NCBI GenBank assembly: GCA_030748335.1
Contig: JASMMD010000003.1
Coordinates: forward strand, 1-56,690
Direction: 5' to 3'
DNA from: Candidatus Thalassarchaeum sp.
GTDB taxonomy: Archaea > Thermoplasmatota > Poseidoniia > Poseidoniales > Thalassarchaeaceae
Length of the DNA stretch: 56,690 nucleotides
The notes beneath the pieces are model-generated. The model did no database searches. It had not been told where the DNA came from and saw nothing but the letters and a program-made list of their open reading frames with translations. Below are positions 12,342-22,124 of this stretch, piece after piece (position 1 is the first letter of the stretch; every line of letters starts with the position of its first letter). The translations under genes were made by a program, and so were the position numbers.

Positions 12342-12926
12342 ATGAGCAGACCTCGGCTGTTGGTCGTCTCCGGCAGCAGCGGTGTGGGCAAGTCTACGAT
12401 ATCTGCTAGGGCGGCATCCTCCTTGGGATTCTCCAAGGTAGCCTCCACGGACACAATCCGGGAGACTCTGAGGACCCAGTTCGACGCCGAGCAAGAGCCT
12501 GCACTCCATCGCTCCTCCTTCGAACCAGCTGGAGGTGGTGCGGTTGAGGACTGGCACGATACTGTCGAAGTCCTATCGGACGCAGTTCAGGCGGTGATTG
12601 ACAGAGCCGTTTCGAAGCGCTCCGACCTACTCCTAGAAGGCGTTCACATAATACCCTCCAGCTCCGTTCTGGATGGTTGGAGGGAATCCGGGGGAGTTGC
12701 CACCGGAGTGTTACTCCACGTCGACGATGAGGATACCCACCGTAGATTCATCAGCACGAGGGAGAGGCACAACGAGAGGGGGTTGGGACACTATCTGGGC
12801 AACCTGAATCGCATCAGGGCGATTCAGGATGAGATGATTAGCAATGCCAGCGAATCGGGCTGGCTGGTGCTCGATGCCAGCAGGGCCGACCCCATAGGCG
12901 AGATAGCCGATTCTCTGCAGGACTAG
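12342..12926 (+). CDS. 2-phosphoglycerate kinase-like P-loop kinase
   Basis: GSSGVGKST, STDTIRE, LH.SSF, EGVH and IR.IQD motifs typical of the archaeal 2PGK family. Confidence 0.75.
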   Translation: MSRPRLLVVSGSSGVGKSTISARAASSLGFSKVASTDTIRETLRTQFDAEQEPALHRSSFEPAGGGAVEDWHDTVEVLSDAVQAVIDRAVSKRSDLLLEGVHIIPSSSVLDGWRESGGVATGVLLHVDDEDTHRRFISTRERHNERGLGHYLGNLNRIRAIQDEMISNASESGWLVLDASRADPIGEIADSLQD

Positions 12927-13471
12927 AATCCAAGAGTCTCGAGAATCATCTCGGTTCTACTCTCCAGTTCCTCGAGGGACCCGTCGTTGAGTACGACGGC
13001 ATGAGCCTGCTCGATCAACATCTCGAGACCCCATCCCCACTCACGCTCCTCGCGCTCGACGAATTCCGTCACTCCTCCGTCCTCTCCTCGTCCGCGCTCC
13101 TCAAGCCATTCCATCCTCAAGCCTGGCGAGGCCGACATCGCGATTACAGTGACGTCCTCGACATGCTTCCTGAGGTACTCCATTTCCTCTGGCTGCCGCA
13201 TACCGTCGATTAGTACGTTCGACGCTTCTAATGCGCTCGTCAGGCTAGGAATCAACCTCTCGACGACAATTTCCTCTCCGTGCTCCTCGCGCATCGAGAG
13301 TGCAGTCAGGCCCACGTTCTCCGGAGTCTCCGGCAACCCCCTCGATGTCATCTCGGCTCGAACTATGTCGCCCAGTGAGAGGATGCTCATGCCTCTCTCG
13401 GAGGCCACTCGCGCTACAACGCCCTTGCCGGCCCCAGGGGGGCCGCACAGCACAAGCACCCGCCCGGCCAT
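12923..13471 (-). CDS. P-loop nucleoside monophosphate/dephospho-CoA kinase-like protein (UPF0200-like)
   Basis: GPPGAGKG, GDIVR, IDGMR...E, RGR..D and NDGSLEEL motifs; start at ATG 13471. Confidence 0.75.
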   Translation of the reverse strand: MAGRVLVLCGPPGAGKGVVARVASERGMSILSLGDIVRAEMTSRGLPETPENVGLTALSMREEHGEEIVVERLIPSLTSALEASNVLIDGMRQPEEMEYLRKHVEDVTVIAMSASPGLRMEWLEERGRGEDGGVTEFVEREEREWGWGLEMLIEQAHAVVLNDGSLEELESRTEMILETLGF

Positions 13472-13515
13472 AGAATGCCCTATCGTCTCTCGGACATGAC
13501 GCTTGCTGGGATATT

Positions 13516-14349
13516 CTACCTGCCAACCCATTCTGCGTCCTTGCGTTCAAGGAAGGCCGAGACTCCAATCTCCTTGTCCTCGGTGTCGAACAGGGCCACG
13601 AACTCCGAGCGCTCGGCGAGCACCCCCTCGGTGAATGGCAGGTCCAGAGCAGCGCGAACCACCCGCTTCGCCACTCTGACCGTGTAAGGCGACTTCCTCG
13701 CTATGTTCTCGGCGAGCTCGAGCGCCCCCCTCTCCAGATCCTCGGGCTCGACGACCTTGTTGACTAGACCGATTCTGAGTGCCTCATCGGCCCCCACCAT
13801 CTCACCGGTTAGGGTCATCTCCATCGCCTTGCCGTATCCCAGCAACCTACACAGACGCTGGGTTCCTCCTCCACCTGGAATCAGTCCGAGGTTAATCTCC
13901 GGCTGCCCGAACTTGGCTCTGGTAGAAGCGACCCGCAGGTCGCAGGCCAGCGCAAGCTCAGTCCCACCGCCAAGAGCGAAACCATCGACCATCGCTATGG
14001 TCGGCTTGGAGAGGTCCCACACCGCCTCCCAAGCGTTGTTTCCGAAGAACTCGCGAACGTCGTCGGAATTCTTTCCTGCAAACTCAGAGATGTCGGCACC
14101 CGCGGCGAAGGCCGCTGGCTTGGGTTTCGCGCCATCCTCAGGTACTGGCGCCGCGGCACCGCGGATGACGATGGCCCTGACGGAGTCGTCGGACTCGACC
14201 CTGACGCACTGCTCCTTGATGGCTGCGTGCGAGTCCCGATTCAGGGCGTTGAGCTTCTCCGGACGATTCAGCGTCCAGACGGCAACAACCCCTCCTGGGG
14301 GGCTGCAGCCTTCGACAGGAACGTCCTCTGCAATCAGAACCTCGCTCAC
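13516..14349 (-). CDS. Enoyl-CoA hydratase (crotonase family)
   Basis: LNRPEKLNAL, FAAGADI, ALGGGTELALACD and GQPEINLGLIPGGGGTQRL motifs. Confidence 0.93.
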   Translation of the reverse strand: MSEVLIAEDVPVEGCSPPGGVVAVWTLNRPEKLNALNRDSHAAIKEQCVRVESDDSVRAIVIRGAAAPVPEDGAKPKPAAFAAGADISEFAGKNSDDVREFFGNNAWEAVWDLSKPTIAMVDGFALGGGTELALACDLRVASTRAKFGQPEINLGLIPGGGGTQRLCRLLGYGKAMEMTLTGEMVGADEALRIGLVNKVVEPEDLERGALELAENIARKSPYTVRVAKRVVRAALDLPFTEGVLAERSEFVALFDTEDKEIGVSAFLERKDAEWVGR

Positions 14350-14396
14350 AGGACACCCACAGCACCCTCGTGCTTGAACATTCAGTTAGGCGGCCA

Positions 14397-15302
14397 CTAC
14401 TCGTCCTTGGTGACTGGCGGTGGCATCGGCGGCATGCCCGGTGGAGGCGGCAGCGGCGGCATCCCAGGAGGGGATGGCATGTCATCTAGAGAAGGAATTT
14501 GCACCTCCGGAGGTTCCCCCGCGGCTTTCGGAGACTCCTCCTTCGCCGGCATTTCTAGGGGAATTCTGACCTTCAGGATGCGTCCGTCGTCAATCCTGAC
14601 GTAGGATACTCCCTGCGGTTTGCTGTGATCTGCCTCTTCGGGCTCCTCGAGGACAGTAAGCCCGTGGTTCGGGTCCTTGAGCAGCGTAGCAAGGTCCTCT
14701 CCATCCTCAACAGCCGACCAAGCCCTCGCCTTCGAAGCCCTCCTCTCCGCTAGTTCCATGCGGCGTTTCCTGACCAGTTGCGAGCGTATCTCGGCTCGCT
14801 TGACCCTGCGATCGCTGACGAATGCCTCGACCTCCGCCATCTCTCCCGACTGGGCGTCGGACTGTGCGACATACCTCGATGCAACCACCGTGCCATCACC
14901 CGGAATAGGGGGCATCGGAGACACAGGCCCATCACTGCCCTCCGCCGCTGAAATCGGAGGCGGCACAGGAATAGGTGGAGGCATCTCCTTGGAGGGCTGT
15001 TGAGCCGCTTTGCCTCTGCTGCGCTGAATCTTCTCCTCGCGACGCTCACTCGCTCCCTCAAGTTCCAGAACCGGCTCTGGAAGGTTGAACTCGGCCGTGG
15101 GCTCCTCCACCACCACGGCCTTGGACTTAGGCGGTTTGGGCACTGGGGAACGCCCTGAGAACATCAGGATGGACACTAGGGCGAGCAGTATCGTGCCACC
15201 TGCGATTCTAGTAATCATGCTCGCCTCGCCCTGTAGGACCAGAAACAGCGGAATTCCTATCAGAACCGCCGCCCAGAGGACCAAACGAGTCAGTGAGACC
15301 AT
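14397..15302 (-). CDS. Hypothetical membrane protein with Pro-rich segments
   Basis: Two N-terminal TM helices, charged coiled segment, poly-Pro C-terminus; codirectional with neighbours. Confidence 0.7.
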   Translation of the reverse strand: MVSLTRLVLWAAVLIGIPLFLVLQGEASMITRIAGGTILLALVSILMFSGRSPVPKPPKSKAVVVEEPTAEFNLPEPVLELEGASERREEKIQRSRGKAAQQPSKEMPPPIPVPPPISAAEGSDGPVSPMPPIPGDGTVVASRYVAQSDAQSGEMAEVEAFVSDRRVKRAEIRSQLVRKRRMELAERRASKARAWSAVEDGEDLATLLKDPNHGLTVLEEPEEADHSKPQGVSYVRIDDGRILKVRIPLEMPAKEESPKAAGEPPEVQIPSLDDMPSPPGMPPLPPPPGMPPMPPPVTKDE

Positions 15303-15335
15303 GCCTACCGGTCTGTCACGGAGAGCGCCCCGCCT

Positions 15336-15929
15336 TCACCTTGACGGGGACCCGAGGAGCTCCGCGAGACGGTTCATCGCCTTCGCTCTGTGCGTGATTC
15401 GGCTGCTTTTCCCATCTCCCCACTCCCCGAAGGTACGTCCATCGCCGTCATCAGGGACAAAGATGGGGTCATAGCCGAAACCCTCGTCCCCCCTCGCCTT
15501 ATCTGAGATTCTACCTCTGCATACGCCCGTCCCGACCCACATCCCGAACCCGTCGGAGACGATGGCGACGGCTCGGTACTCAGCACCTCTCTGACGACCG
15601 TCGGAAAGCATGCTCAGGACTCCATCGAGTCCGATATCCCTCTCGACGTCAGAGGACTCCGCCCCGGGCCAGTCATCGAATGCATCTAGGAAGATTCCGG
15701 AATCTTCTACCATGATTGCCGACCCCTCTAGCCCCGTGCCTCGAATGAGTCCTAGGGCCTGCTGGATCTTGGCCACGGCCACTGCTTCGAGGCCGAGCTC
15801 TTTCGGCTCGTCGAAGTCGGGCGACTCGCCATCTAGCAGTAGTTGCTCGACCCGGTGACCGGATAGGCCGAGCACCGAGGATGCCTCCTCGACCTTGTTG
15901 GAATTGCTGGTCGCGAAAAGTATCCTCAT
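15336..15929 (-). CDS. rdgB: Non-canonical purine NTP pyrophosphatase (Ham1/RdgB/ITPase)
   Basis: From ATG 15929: FATSNSNK, EDSG, GFGYDPIF and THR..A motifs. Confidence 0.9.
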   Translation of the reverse strand: MRILFATSNSNKVEEASSVLGLSGHRVEQLLLDGESPDFDEPKELGLEAVAVAKIQQALGLIRGTGLEGSAIMVEDSGIFLDAFDDWPGAESSDVERDIGLDGVLSMLSDGRQRGAEYRAVAIVSDGFGMWVGTGVCRGRISDKARGDEGFGYDPIFVPDDGDGRTFGEWGDGKSSRITHRAKAMNRLAELLGSPSR

Positions 15930-15937
15930 CGCATCGC

Positions 15938-16594
15938 CTATCCGTGATACCTGACCCTGCCTCTGATGTCTTCGAACCTCGAGACCACTTCCTTGGCCCT
16001 GAATTCCGCATCGCCGCGTTCGAGATAGCCCTCCAGCATCGCCTCGACAGCGCCGCCTATCTCCGAGTGACTGGCCGTGAGGCACTCGTTGAGAACCTGC
16101 AGGTCCAGACCCATGTGCTCGAGTTCGGGGGAGATCCTAGCCAGACCGAAGTCGATCATACTCAGACCCCCCGAGCCATCGACGAGGATGTTGTGCGTGG
16201 TCATGTCTCCATGCGAGAACCCAGCCTCGTGCAGGCGCCTGATCAGCGCCCCTACCGACCTCACCTCGTCGAGTCCGGCCGAGCCGTCTCTGAGTGCATC
16301 GCAGAGGGGCCTGCCGCTCAAGCGTGACAGGACCATCCAGCCCGCCTCGACGTTAAGATCGTGCAGCGAGGGCGAGGGGAAACTCATGTGTTGCAGCCTA
16401 CCGAGTACTCTAGCCTCCACGGATATCCGCTGACGGGTCAACATACGGTCCAGATCGGGGTGCCTGTAGCCGCGTGGTCTGCGCAATTTCAGGACTGCGG
16501 GCTTACCCATCCAAGTACCAGAAGTCACCGTGGCCTCGGCACCTTCGTGAAGCACCTCGGAGGGCGCCCAGGCCGGTATCGCGCCGGTGGCCAT
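15938..16594 (-). CDS. bud32: KEOPS complex kinase Bud32
   Basis: GAEA, K.R....YRHP.LD..L...R...EAR, HGDMTT.N and IDFGL motifs; start ATG 16594 inferred. Confidence 0.9.
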   Translation of the reverse strand: MATGAIPAWAPSEVLHEGAEATVTSGTWMGKPAVLKLRRPRGYRHPDLDRMLTRQRISVEARVLGRLQHMSFPSPSLHDLNVEAGWMVLSRLSGRPLCDALRDGSAGLDEVRSVGALIRRLHEAGFSHGDMTTHNILVDGSGGLSMIDFGLARISPELEHMGLDLQVLNECLTASHSEIGGAVEAMLEGYLERGDAEFRAKEVVSRFEDIRGRVRYHG

Positions 16595-16649
16595 GCAACT
16601 CCGATGAGAGATGCCTTCAAAGCGGTTGCACATAACGAAGGTCTGAGAC

Positions 16650-17753
16650 ATGACGATTGAGCTTCCGTCCGCCCCGATGCCGCGTGGTAGCCTGATTCCC
16701 GGCTCTTACTCGGATTTCGAAATTGAGATCGAGGCAAGGCGTCTTCAGGGTGCTATAAAACAGCCCGTGAGATGGAGTCTGGACACCTGTAGGGCAATTG
16801 CTCCACTCACGCTCGAGATTAACGATTTGAAGCAGGAGAAGGACGTCTTCCTAATCGCCCACTCATACCAGACACCGGACATCACCTACGGGGTCGCCGA
16901 CTCTGTTGCAGACAGCTACGCGCTCTCCAAGGACGCTCGGGACGCGCCGCAGCAGACCATCCTGTTCTCCAGCGTCCGCTTCATGGCGGAGACCGCCAAA
17001 ATAGTCAGCCCTCACAAGCTCGTCCTCCACCCGTCCCCCGATGCGGGTTGCTCCCTCAGCGACGGGATTACCGCTCAGGACGTGCGCGATCTGAGGGAGA
17101 AGTATCCGGGAGCCCCTGTCGTTTGCTACATCAATACCAGCGCCGAGGTCAAGGCCGAGTGCGACGTCTGCGTTACCAGCAGCAACTACATGAGAATCTG
17201 CGAGATGCTTCCTGGGGACAGGTTGATCTTCGTTCCTGACCGCTTCATGGGCAAGCACCTGCAGAACCACCTAGCAGGCAAGAAGGAAATTATCGTCTTC
17301 GATGGGGAGTGCGAGGTGCACGCGGCTTTCACCGGTGACAAGATCCGCAACTGGAGGAAGCGCACGGCCTCGGTGGGAATCGATCTGAGGGTGCTCAGTC
17401 ACCCCGAGTGCGATGCCGACGTCATCGAGGAGAGTGACTTCGTCGGTAGCAGTGAGGTGCTGATGAACGAGGCCCTACGCCTCTCCTCGAAGGGCAAGAA
17501 GGACCTGATGCTGATTACTGAGTGCGGCACCGTCGACAGGGTGATTGCTGAATCCGACAACGATCTGAACCTCATTGGGGCCTGTGTGATGTGCCCCCAC
17601 ATGAAGAAGACGCAGTTGGAGGACATCCTGCAGGCGCTGAGGAAACCCCTCCCGGAACAGGTCATCGAACTGGATGCGGATGTCATTGAGAGGGCGGGCC
17701 AATGCCTAGACGAGATGTTCAGGCTGACCGAGCAGTCAGCCGCGACGCTCTGA
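16650..17753 (+). CDS. nadA: Quinolinate synthase
   Basis: AHSYQ, VRFMAETAKI, AGCSL, YINTSAEVKA, TSSN, CEVH, HPEC and CPHMK motifs. Confidence 0.93.
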   Translation: MTIELPSAPMPRGSLIPGSYSDFEIEIEARRLQGAIKQPVRWSLDTCRAIAPLTLEINDLKQEKDVFLIAHSYQTPDITYGVADSVADSYALSKDARDAPQQTILFSSVRFMAETAKIVSPHKLVLHPSPDAGCSLSDGITAQDVRDLREKYPGAPVVCYINTSAEVKAECDVCVTSSNYMRICEMLPGDRLIFVPDRFMGKHLQNHLAGKKEIIVFDGECEVHAAFTGDKIRNWRKRTASVGIDLRVLSHPECDADVIEESDFVGSSEVLMNEALRLSSKGKKDLMLITECGTVDRVIAESDNDLNLIGACVMCPHMKKTQLEDILQALRKPLPEQVIELDADVIERAGQCLDEMFRLTEQSAATL

Positions 17754-19823
17754 TGCGGCTTGGTACGCCCACAGAAACAGCAGAGGAATCAGCATCAGGA
17801 TGGCAGCCTGCAGGATGACCGATGAGTACGGCTGGAAAGTCTCACCCGAGTAGACTTTCAGAGAAGGTATCCCGTCCGAATCGACCTCGACCCATGCCAC
17901 GTCCTCCAGCAGCACTTGAGGGTCCATCTGATCGACGTCATCATCGTGGGTTATCGCCAGAGTGGTGTTAGCATCTATGTCATGCAGGTAGACGTCGTTG
18001 ACGGTGGCGACTTCCTCTGGTTCGAGAGAAGGGTCCCAGAAAGGAATCTGCAGGAATGCTACCCGCCCGTGTGCCACGCTGGGGGATGATGACTGCCAGA
18101 TCGGGTCAGAGAGGACCGACTGCTCACCGGTCAGTATGTTCACCAGCACAGTTCTGTTGACCGGTCCGACGTCGACCACCGCTACCACCCAAGAGTCGTC
18201 CATATCGATGTCAATGACCTCGGCCTCGCTGTAGTCCACAGCGATTCCCGAGATCTCCTCGAGGTACGCATCCTCGTCCTCAGAGGCAGTCACATCTAGG
18301 ATTAGGCCAATCGAGATGCTGCCTGAGATCGAAGTCACGTTGACGGTGGGAGACTGGGATTCCGCGTCGGCCCAGGCCAGAAGCTGCCCGGACGCGGCCA
18401 TGACGGAGAAGCCCCCTTCTGCGCCCTCGAAGTCCACAGGTGCCTGCTCGTCATCCATGACCTCCAGACGGTCCTCGTACACCTTCACGAGCAGGGGCTG
18501 CCCCGCTTCCGACTCGGCTATGGCCACATCGAGCAGCGCCTCGCCCTCCTGCAGGCTGAATTTCGGCGTGAACTCCGTGTCGTCTGACCCGAGTTCGTAG
18601 TAGTCAAGCCTGCTTAAGTCGTGGAGGACCAGCGATGAGCCTGATATCGCCACAGAAGGTGAGGAGGCCCAGAACTCGCCCGAGATCATACTCCCCTTCT
18701 CATCGCTGACGTTCCAGACGCTAATCGAGACGCTGAAGGTCTCAGGGTCCTCCTCAACCGAGACCAGCCAGCCGTCAGAACCAGCAGCCGAGGTGGGCCA
18801 CTCGACGCCCTCGACGGGAAAGTCCTGGTGCGTCGCGTCCCAGAGCAGAACCAGCCCGGTGGAGAGCAGCAGCGCCGCGATGATCGCGCTGGTTTGCTTC
18901 CTACTGGGTTCTCGAAGCGGCGCAAATGCGGAGATGATGCTGCCGAACGTGCCTCGAATGGACTTGCTCGGATCGGCGATGGCGCGGGCCAGCCTGCGAC
19001 TGAACAGGCGCTCGTCCGCGAAGTTCCAAACAGGTTGGTTCGTCTTTGAGGTCAATTGGACTGCTATGATTCCGACCGCCATCCCCCCGATGATGTCGAC
19101 CATCCAGTGGATTCCGAGGTAGATGATGGCAAAGGCGGTCAGGACAATGAAACCCATCAAGAAGCCGCGATATCTCTCCCACCTGCCGTCGTCATCCCAC
19201 CTGTGCATGGTAAGCCAGATAGCGAATGGCAGTCCTATGTGCAGGCTCGGCATGCCGTTTGAGAACGGGTCTATGCGAGTGAACCAGTTGTTAATCTCGG
19301 GAGTAAGGTCGTAGGCTATTGCCTGCATCGCTGGGATATGGTTCCCTGTAACTCCGACATTGAAGAACAGGTAGAACGGGATGGCAATGACGTATACCCA
19401 GAACATGGACAACGAGACCCTGTCGGCCATGTACCGGTCATCGAAGTATATCGGGTACAGGAAGGAGGCGAAGGTGGCAGTCATGAAGCCCATGACGTAG
19501 AAGTGGGTGAGCGCTTCGTCGAGCAGGACGTTGCGAAGCCCCTGCTGAATCCACAGTACTATGTCGCCTTCTATGGCGTAGACGTAGGGGGTCATGTCCA
19601 ACTGGGTGTTTGCCATGAGGACCCTGTCTATGCCATCTAACAAGTCCTTCCACAAGTATACCGAGAAGACGACGATCATATGCGCCCAGTAACGCCTGAA
19701 CATGTCGATGAAACCCTCAAGGCTGAGTTTCGCGTACTTTGGCTTGAACAGTGGCATCATCACAATGCTGAGTATGATAGCACCCGTGACCCAGGTGATG
19801 TAGATGCCAGTGCCCGCAGCCAT
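17736..19823 (-). CDS. PAP2/Aur1 (IPC-synthase-like) membrane domain fused to an extracellular beta-propeller-like domain with C-terminal TM
   Basis: N-terminal multi-TM domain with MPSLH and YLGIHW.VD motifs; acidic beta-rich domain with VYLHD / DQMDP / VAWVE repeats; terminal TM. Confidence 0.75.
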   Translation of the reverse strand: MAAGTGIYITWVTGAIILSIVMMPLFKPKYAKLSLEGFIDMFRRYWAHMIVVFSVYLWKDLLDGIDRVLMANTQLDMTPYVYAIEGDIVLWIQQGLRNVLLDEALTHFYVMGFMTATFASFLYPIYFDDRYMADRVSLSMFWVYVIAIPFYLFFNVGVTGNHIPAMQAIAYDLTPEINNWFTRIDPFSNGMPSLHIGLPFAIWLTMHRWDDDGRWERYRGFLMGFIVLTAFAIIYLGIHWMVDIIGGMAVGIIAVQLTSKTNQPVWNFADERLFSRRLARAIADPSKSIRGTFGSIISAFAPLREPSRKQTSAIIAALLLSTGLVLLWDATHQDFPVEGVEWPTSAAGSDGWLVSVEEDPETFSVSISVWNVSDEKGSMISGEFWASSPSVAISGSSLVLHDLSRLDYYELGSDDTEFTPKFSLQEGEALLDVAIAESEAGQPLLVKVYEDRLEVMDDEQAPVDFEGAEGGFSVMAASGQLLAWADAESQSPTVNVTSISGSISIGLILDVTASEDEDAYLEEISGIAVDYSEAEVIDIDMDDSWVVAVVDVGPVNRTVLVNILTGEQSVLSDPIWQSSSPSVAHGRVAFLQIPFWDPSLEPEEVATVNDVYLHDIDANTTLAITHDDDVDQMDPQVLLEDVAWVEVDSDGIPSLKVYSGETFQPYSSVILQAAILMLIPLLFLWAYQAASERRG

Positions 19824-19882
19824 GTCTCATCCTACGGGGGTCGCGAGTTCGCCATCAATTCGACCCCTATGTGGGGCCTCGT

Positions 19883-20896
19883 TCAAGTAATACGCACCTG
19901 TGAATCCGAACCCTCGTCCAAGGTGGCTAGGACGTTGTCGACTATCGAGTCGAATGAGTCAGCAGTCTCACCATCGGGCTCCGCGACGATTCGATGCACA
20001 CCGTCATCGCCCCCCCTGACTATGCCCGGGTCGAACGGTAGCGAACCGAGGAAGGGAACATCGAGTTCCGCTGCGGCGGAGGCACCTCCTCCTGACTTGA
20101 AGACGTCCAGCGTCAGCGACCAGTTCCCCGCCTCGTCCGCCATTGCCTGCAGTGGTACCCCCCCTGGACCCATGACAGATACCTCAGATCCGGGTTCGGC
20201 AGTGCCTCGGATGGTGTAACCGCTCATGTTCTCGACCACGCCAAGCACCGGGACTGAGAGAGTCTTGGCGAAGTTGATTGACTTGCGACTGTCAAGCAGC
20301 GCTACCTCTTGGGGGGTAGTCACGATTACCACGCCATCGATTCCCGGCAGGTTCTGACTGACTGTCAACGGCTCGTCACTGGTTCCCGGCGGGAAGTCGA
20401 TGATGAGCGCATCCAATTCGCCCCATGCTACGTCTCCGATGAACTGCTGGATGGCCCCGAGCTTGATTGGACCTCTCCAGATGACGGGCTTGTCAGGATC
20501 CTCCAGAAGGAAGGCCATCGATATCACCTTCAACCCGTGAGGGCCGGTGGCAGGGTGAATCTGACCGTCTTCGACATTCAGTTCAGCTGCCTCTATTCCA
20601 AGCATCTTCGGCACATTCGGTCCAGTGATGTCTATGTCCATCAGTCCGACCTTCATGCCCCTGCGCGCGAGGCAAAGCGCCAGTCCAGTGGCGACGGTGG
20701 ACTTTCCGACCCCGCCCTTCCCGGACAGGACCATCACCTTGCGCTTGATGTCCTCGTCCAGCTTTGTCATCCGCAGTTTGCGCTGCATCTGCTGGTAGGC
20801 CTGCTCCATCTGTGCCTTCTGCTCCGGAGAAGCACCCTCCTCCTCGGGCTTGTCGACCACACCTCCCGTGTGGTGGCTGATTGGTGAATCCGCCAT
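19883..20896 (-). CDS. Mrp/NBP35 (ApbC) Fe-S cluster carrier ATPase
   Basis: SGKGGVGKST, DIDITGP, VIWRGP, DFPPGTSD, VTTPQ and GVVENMS motifs. Confidence 0.92.
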   Translation of the reverse strand: MADSPISHHTGGVVDKPEEEGASPEQKAQMEQAYQQMQRKLRMTKLDEDIKRKVMVLSGKGGVGKSTVATGLALCLARRGMKVGLMDIDITGPNVPKMLGIEAAELNVEDGQIHPATGPHGLKVISMAFLLEDPDKPVIWRGPIKLGAIQQFIGDVAWGELDALIIDFPPGTSDEPLTVSQNLPGIDGVVIVTTPQEVALLDSRKSINFAKTLSVPVLGVVENMSGYTIRGTAEPGSEVSVMGPGGVPLQAMADEAGNWSLTLDVFKSGGGASAAAELDVPFLGSLPFDPGIVRGGDDGVHRIVAEPDGETADSFDSIVDNVLATLDEGSDSQVRIT

Positions 20897-21004
20897 GCTT
20901 CTCTCGCGGCATGAGGCGTACTTGAATCCTGTTCAGGCCCCCTCACGTAACTTACTGCGAATATTGTGGTTTAGTTCATTAAACCCGGACGGCACACGCA
21001 TTCC

Positions 21005-21364
21005 ATGCGCCTGCTTTTCGTCTGCGTCGGCAACACCTGCCGCAGCCAGATGGCCGAGTCGGTCGCTAAGAGTATGGGGCACGAGGCCGAATCGGCCGGG
21101 ACGAGCCCGGGTTTCGAAGTGGCTCGGGATGCGATTAGGGTGACGGGGGAGATTGGCATAGACATGAGCGGCCAGTACCCCAAATCGGTGGACGATGTCG
21201 ACGCCTCAGGCTTCGACCGAATAATCAGCATGGGCTGCGGCGTGGAGTGTCCGGCCTTGCCCATAGACGATGATTGGGGCCTTGAGGACCCGGTGGGTCG
21301 GGGCGAGGATTTCTACAGGAGCACGCTTGAGGAAATCAAGCAGCGCCTATTGACTCTACAATAA
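21005..21364 (+). CDS. Low-molecular-weight phosphatase / ArsC-type arsenate reductase
   Basis: CVGNTCRSQMAE P-loop, SAGT, MGCG.ECP and WGLEDP motifs. Confidence 0.88.
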   Translation: MRLLFVCVGNTCRSQMAESVAKSMGHEAESAGTSPGFEVARDAIRVTGEIGIDMSGQYPKSVDDVDASGFDRIISMGCGVECPALPIDDDWGLEDPVGRGEDFYRSTLEEIKQRLLTLQ

Positions 21365-21409
21365 GCAAACCGACGCTTAGAAAAGCGATTCACGCCTCCC
21401 CGATTCCGC

Positions 21410-21484
21410 ACGAGTGTAGTGTAGTGGTTATCACCGGGCGTTGCCAACGCCTGAACCCGGGTTCAAATCCCGGCACTCGTACCA
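21410..21484 (+). tRNA. tRNA-Gly(GCC)
   Basis: Acceptor ACGAGTG/CACTCGT, anticodon arm GGGCG-TTGCCAA-CGCCT, T-arm CCGGG-TTCAAAT-CCCGG, encoded CCA. Confidence 0.95.
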
Positions 21485-21564
21485 ATCTGCTGCGTCCCCC
21501 CCCTCCTTCATGCCATGGAGATGGCTTCGACAGATTCAATATGTGAGGCCCGTGACTACGCTCC

Positions 21565-21909
21565 ATGAAGGAATTCAGAATCAACATGAGTGACGAACCC
21601 GGCTCCCTAGCAGAGCACTGCGAGGCCATAGCTTCCGGAGACGTGAACATACTGGCCATCGTTGCCATAGCGGGCGACTCCGCATCTGCCGCGATACTTA
21701 CTGACAACGCAGATGCCACCATCTCAGCGCTAGATAGGATGGGTGCCGATTACTCGGTGTCCGAACTCAAGTCGGCCAAGATGGAGCACAAGCCCGGCTC
21801 ATTGGCCGCCTTCACGAGGGGAATGGCAAACTCGGGAGTGAATCTCAGATCGCTGTACGTCATGTCGATGGACGGCGAAAGCGCAACTATCGGTTACACT
21901 ACCGAGTGA
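21565..21909 (+). CDS. ACT-domain protein (two ACT repeats)
   Basis: DEPGSLA.....A...VNI and HKPGSLA...MANSGVNL repeats. Confidence 0.85.
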   Translation: MKEFRINMSDEPGSLAEHCEAIASGDVNILAIVAIAGDSASAAILTDNADATISALDRMGADYSVSELKSAKMEHKPGSLAAFTRGMANSGVNLRSLYVMSMDGESATIGYTTE

Positions 21910-21914
21910 TACGA

Positions 21915-21989
21915 GCGGACATGGTCTAGTGGTTATGACAGCAGGTTCCCAACCTGCTAACCCGGGTTCAACTCCCGGTGTCCGCACCA
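21915..21989 (+). tRNA. tRNA-Gly(CCC)
   Basis: Acceptor GCGGACA/TGTCCGC, anticodon arm GCAGG-TTCCCAA-CCTGC, TTCAACT loop, encoded CCA. Confidence 0.95.
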
Positions 21990-22046
21990 ATCGCTCGAAG
22001 ACCAATCAGCAACGCTAATCCGCAAATCGGAATTCGCACGGCCACA

Positions 22047-22124
22047 GGGCCCGTGGGTTAGCTTGGCCTATACTTGGCGCTTCGGGGGCGTTAGACCCCA
22101 GTTCAAATCTGGGCGGGCCCACCA
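22047..22124 (+). tRNA. tRNA-Pro(CGG)
   Basis: Acceptor GGGCCCG/CGGGCCC, anticodon loop TTCGGGG, T-arm CCCAG-TTCAAAT-CTGGG, encoded CCA. Confidence 0.93.

Noticed and set aside
14400..14480. GGC-rich short repeats
   Set aside because: They encode the poly-proline tail of the 14397-15302 protein; not a CRISPR array or DNA repeat element.
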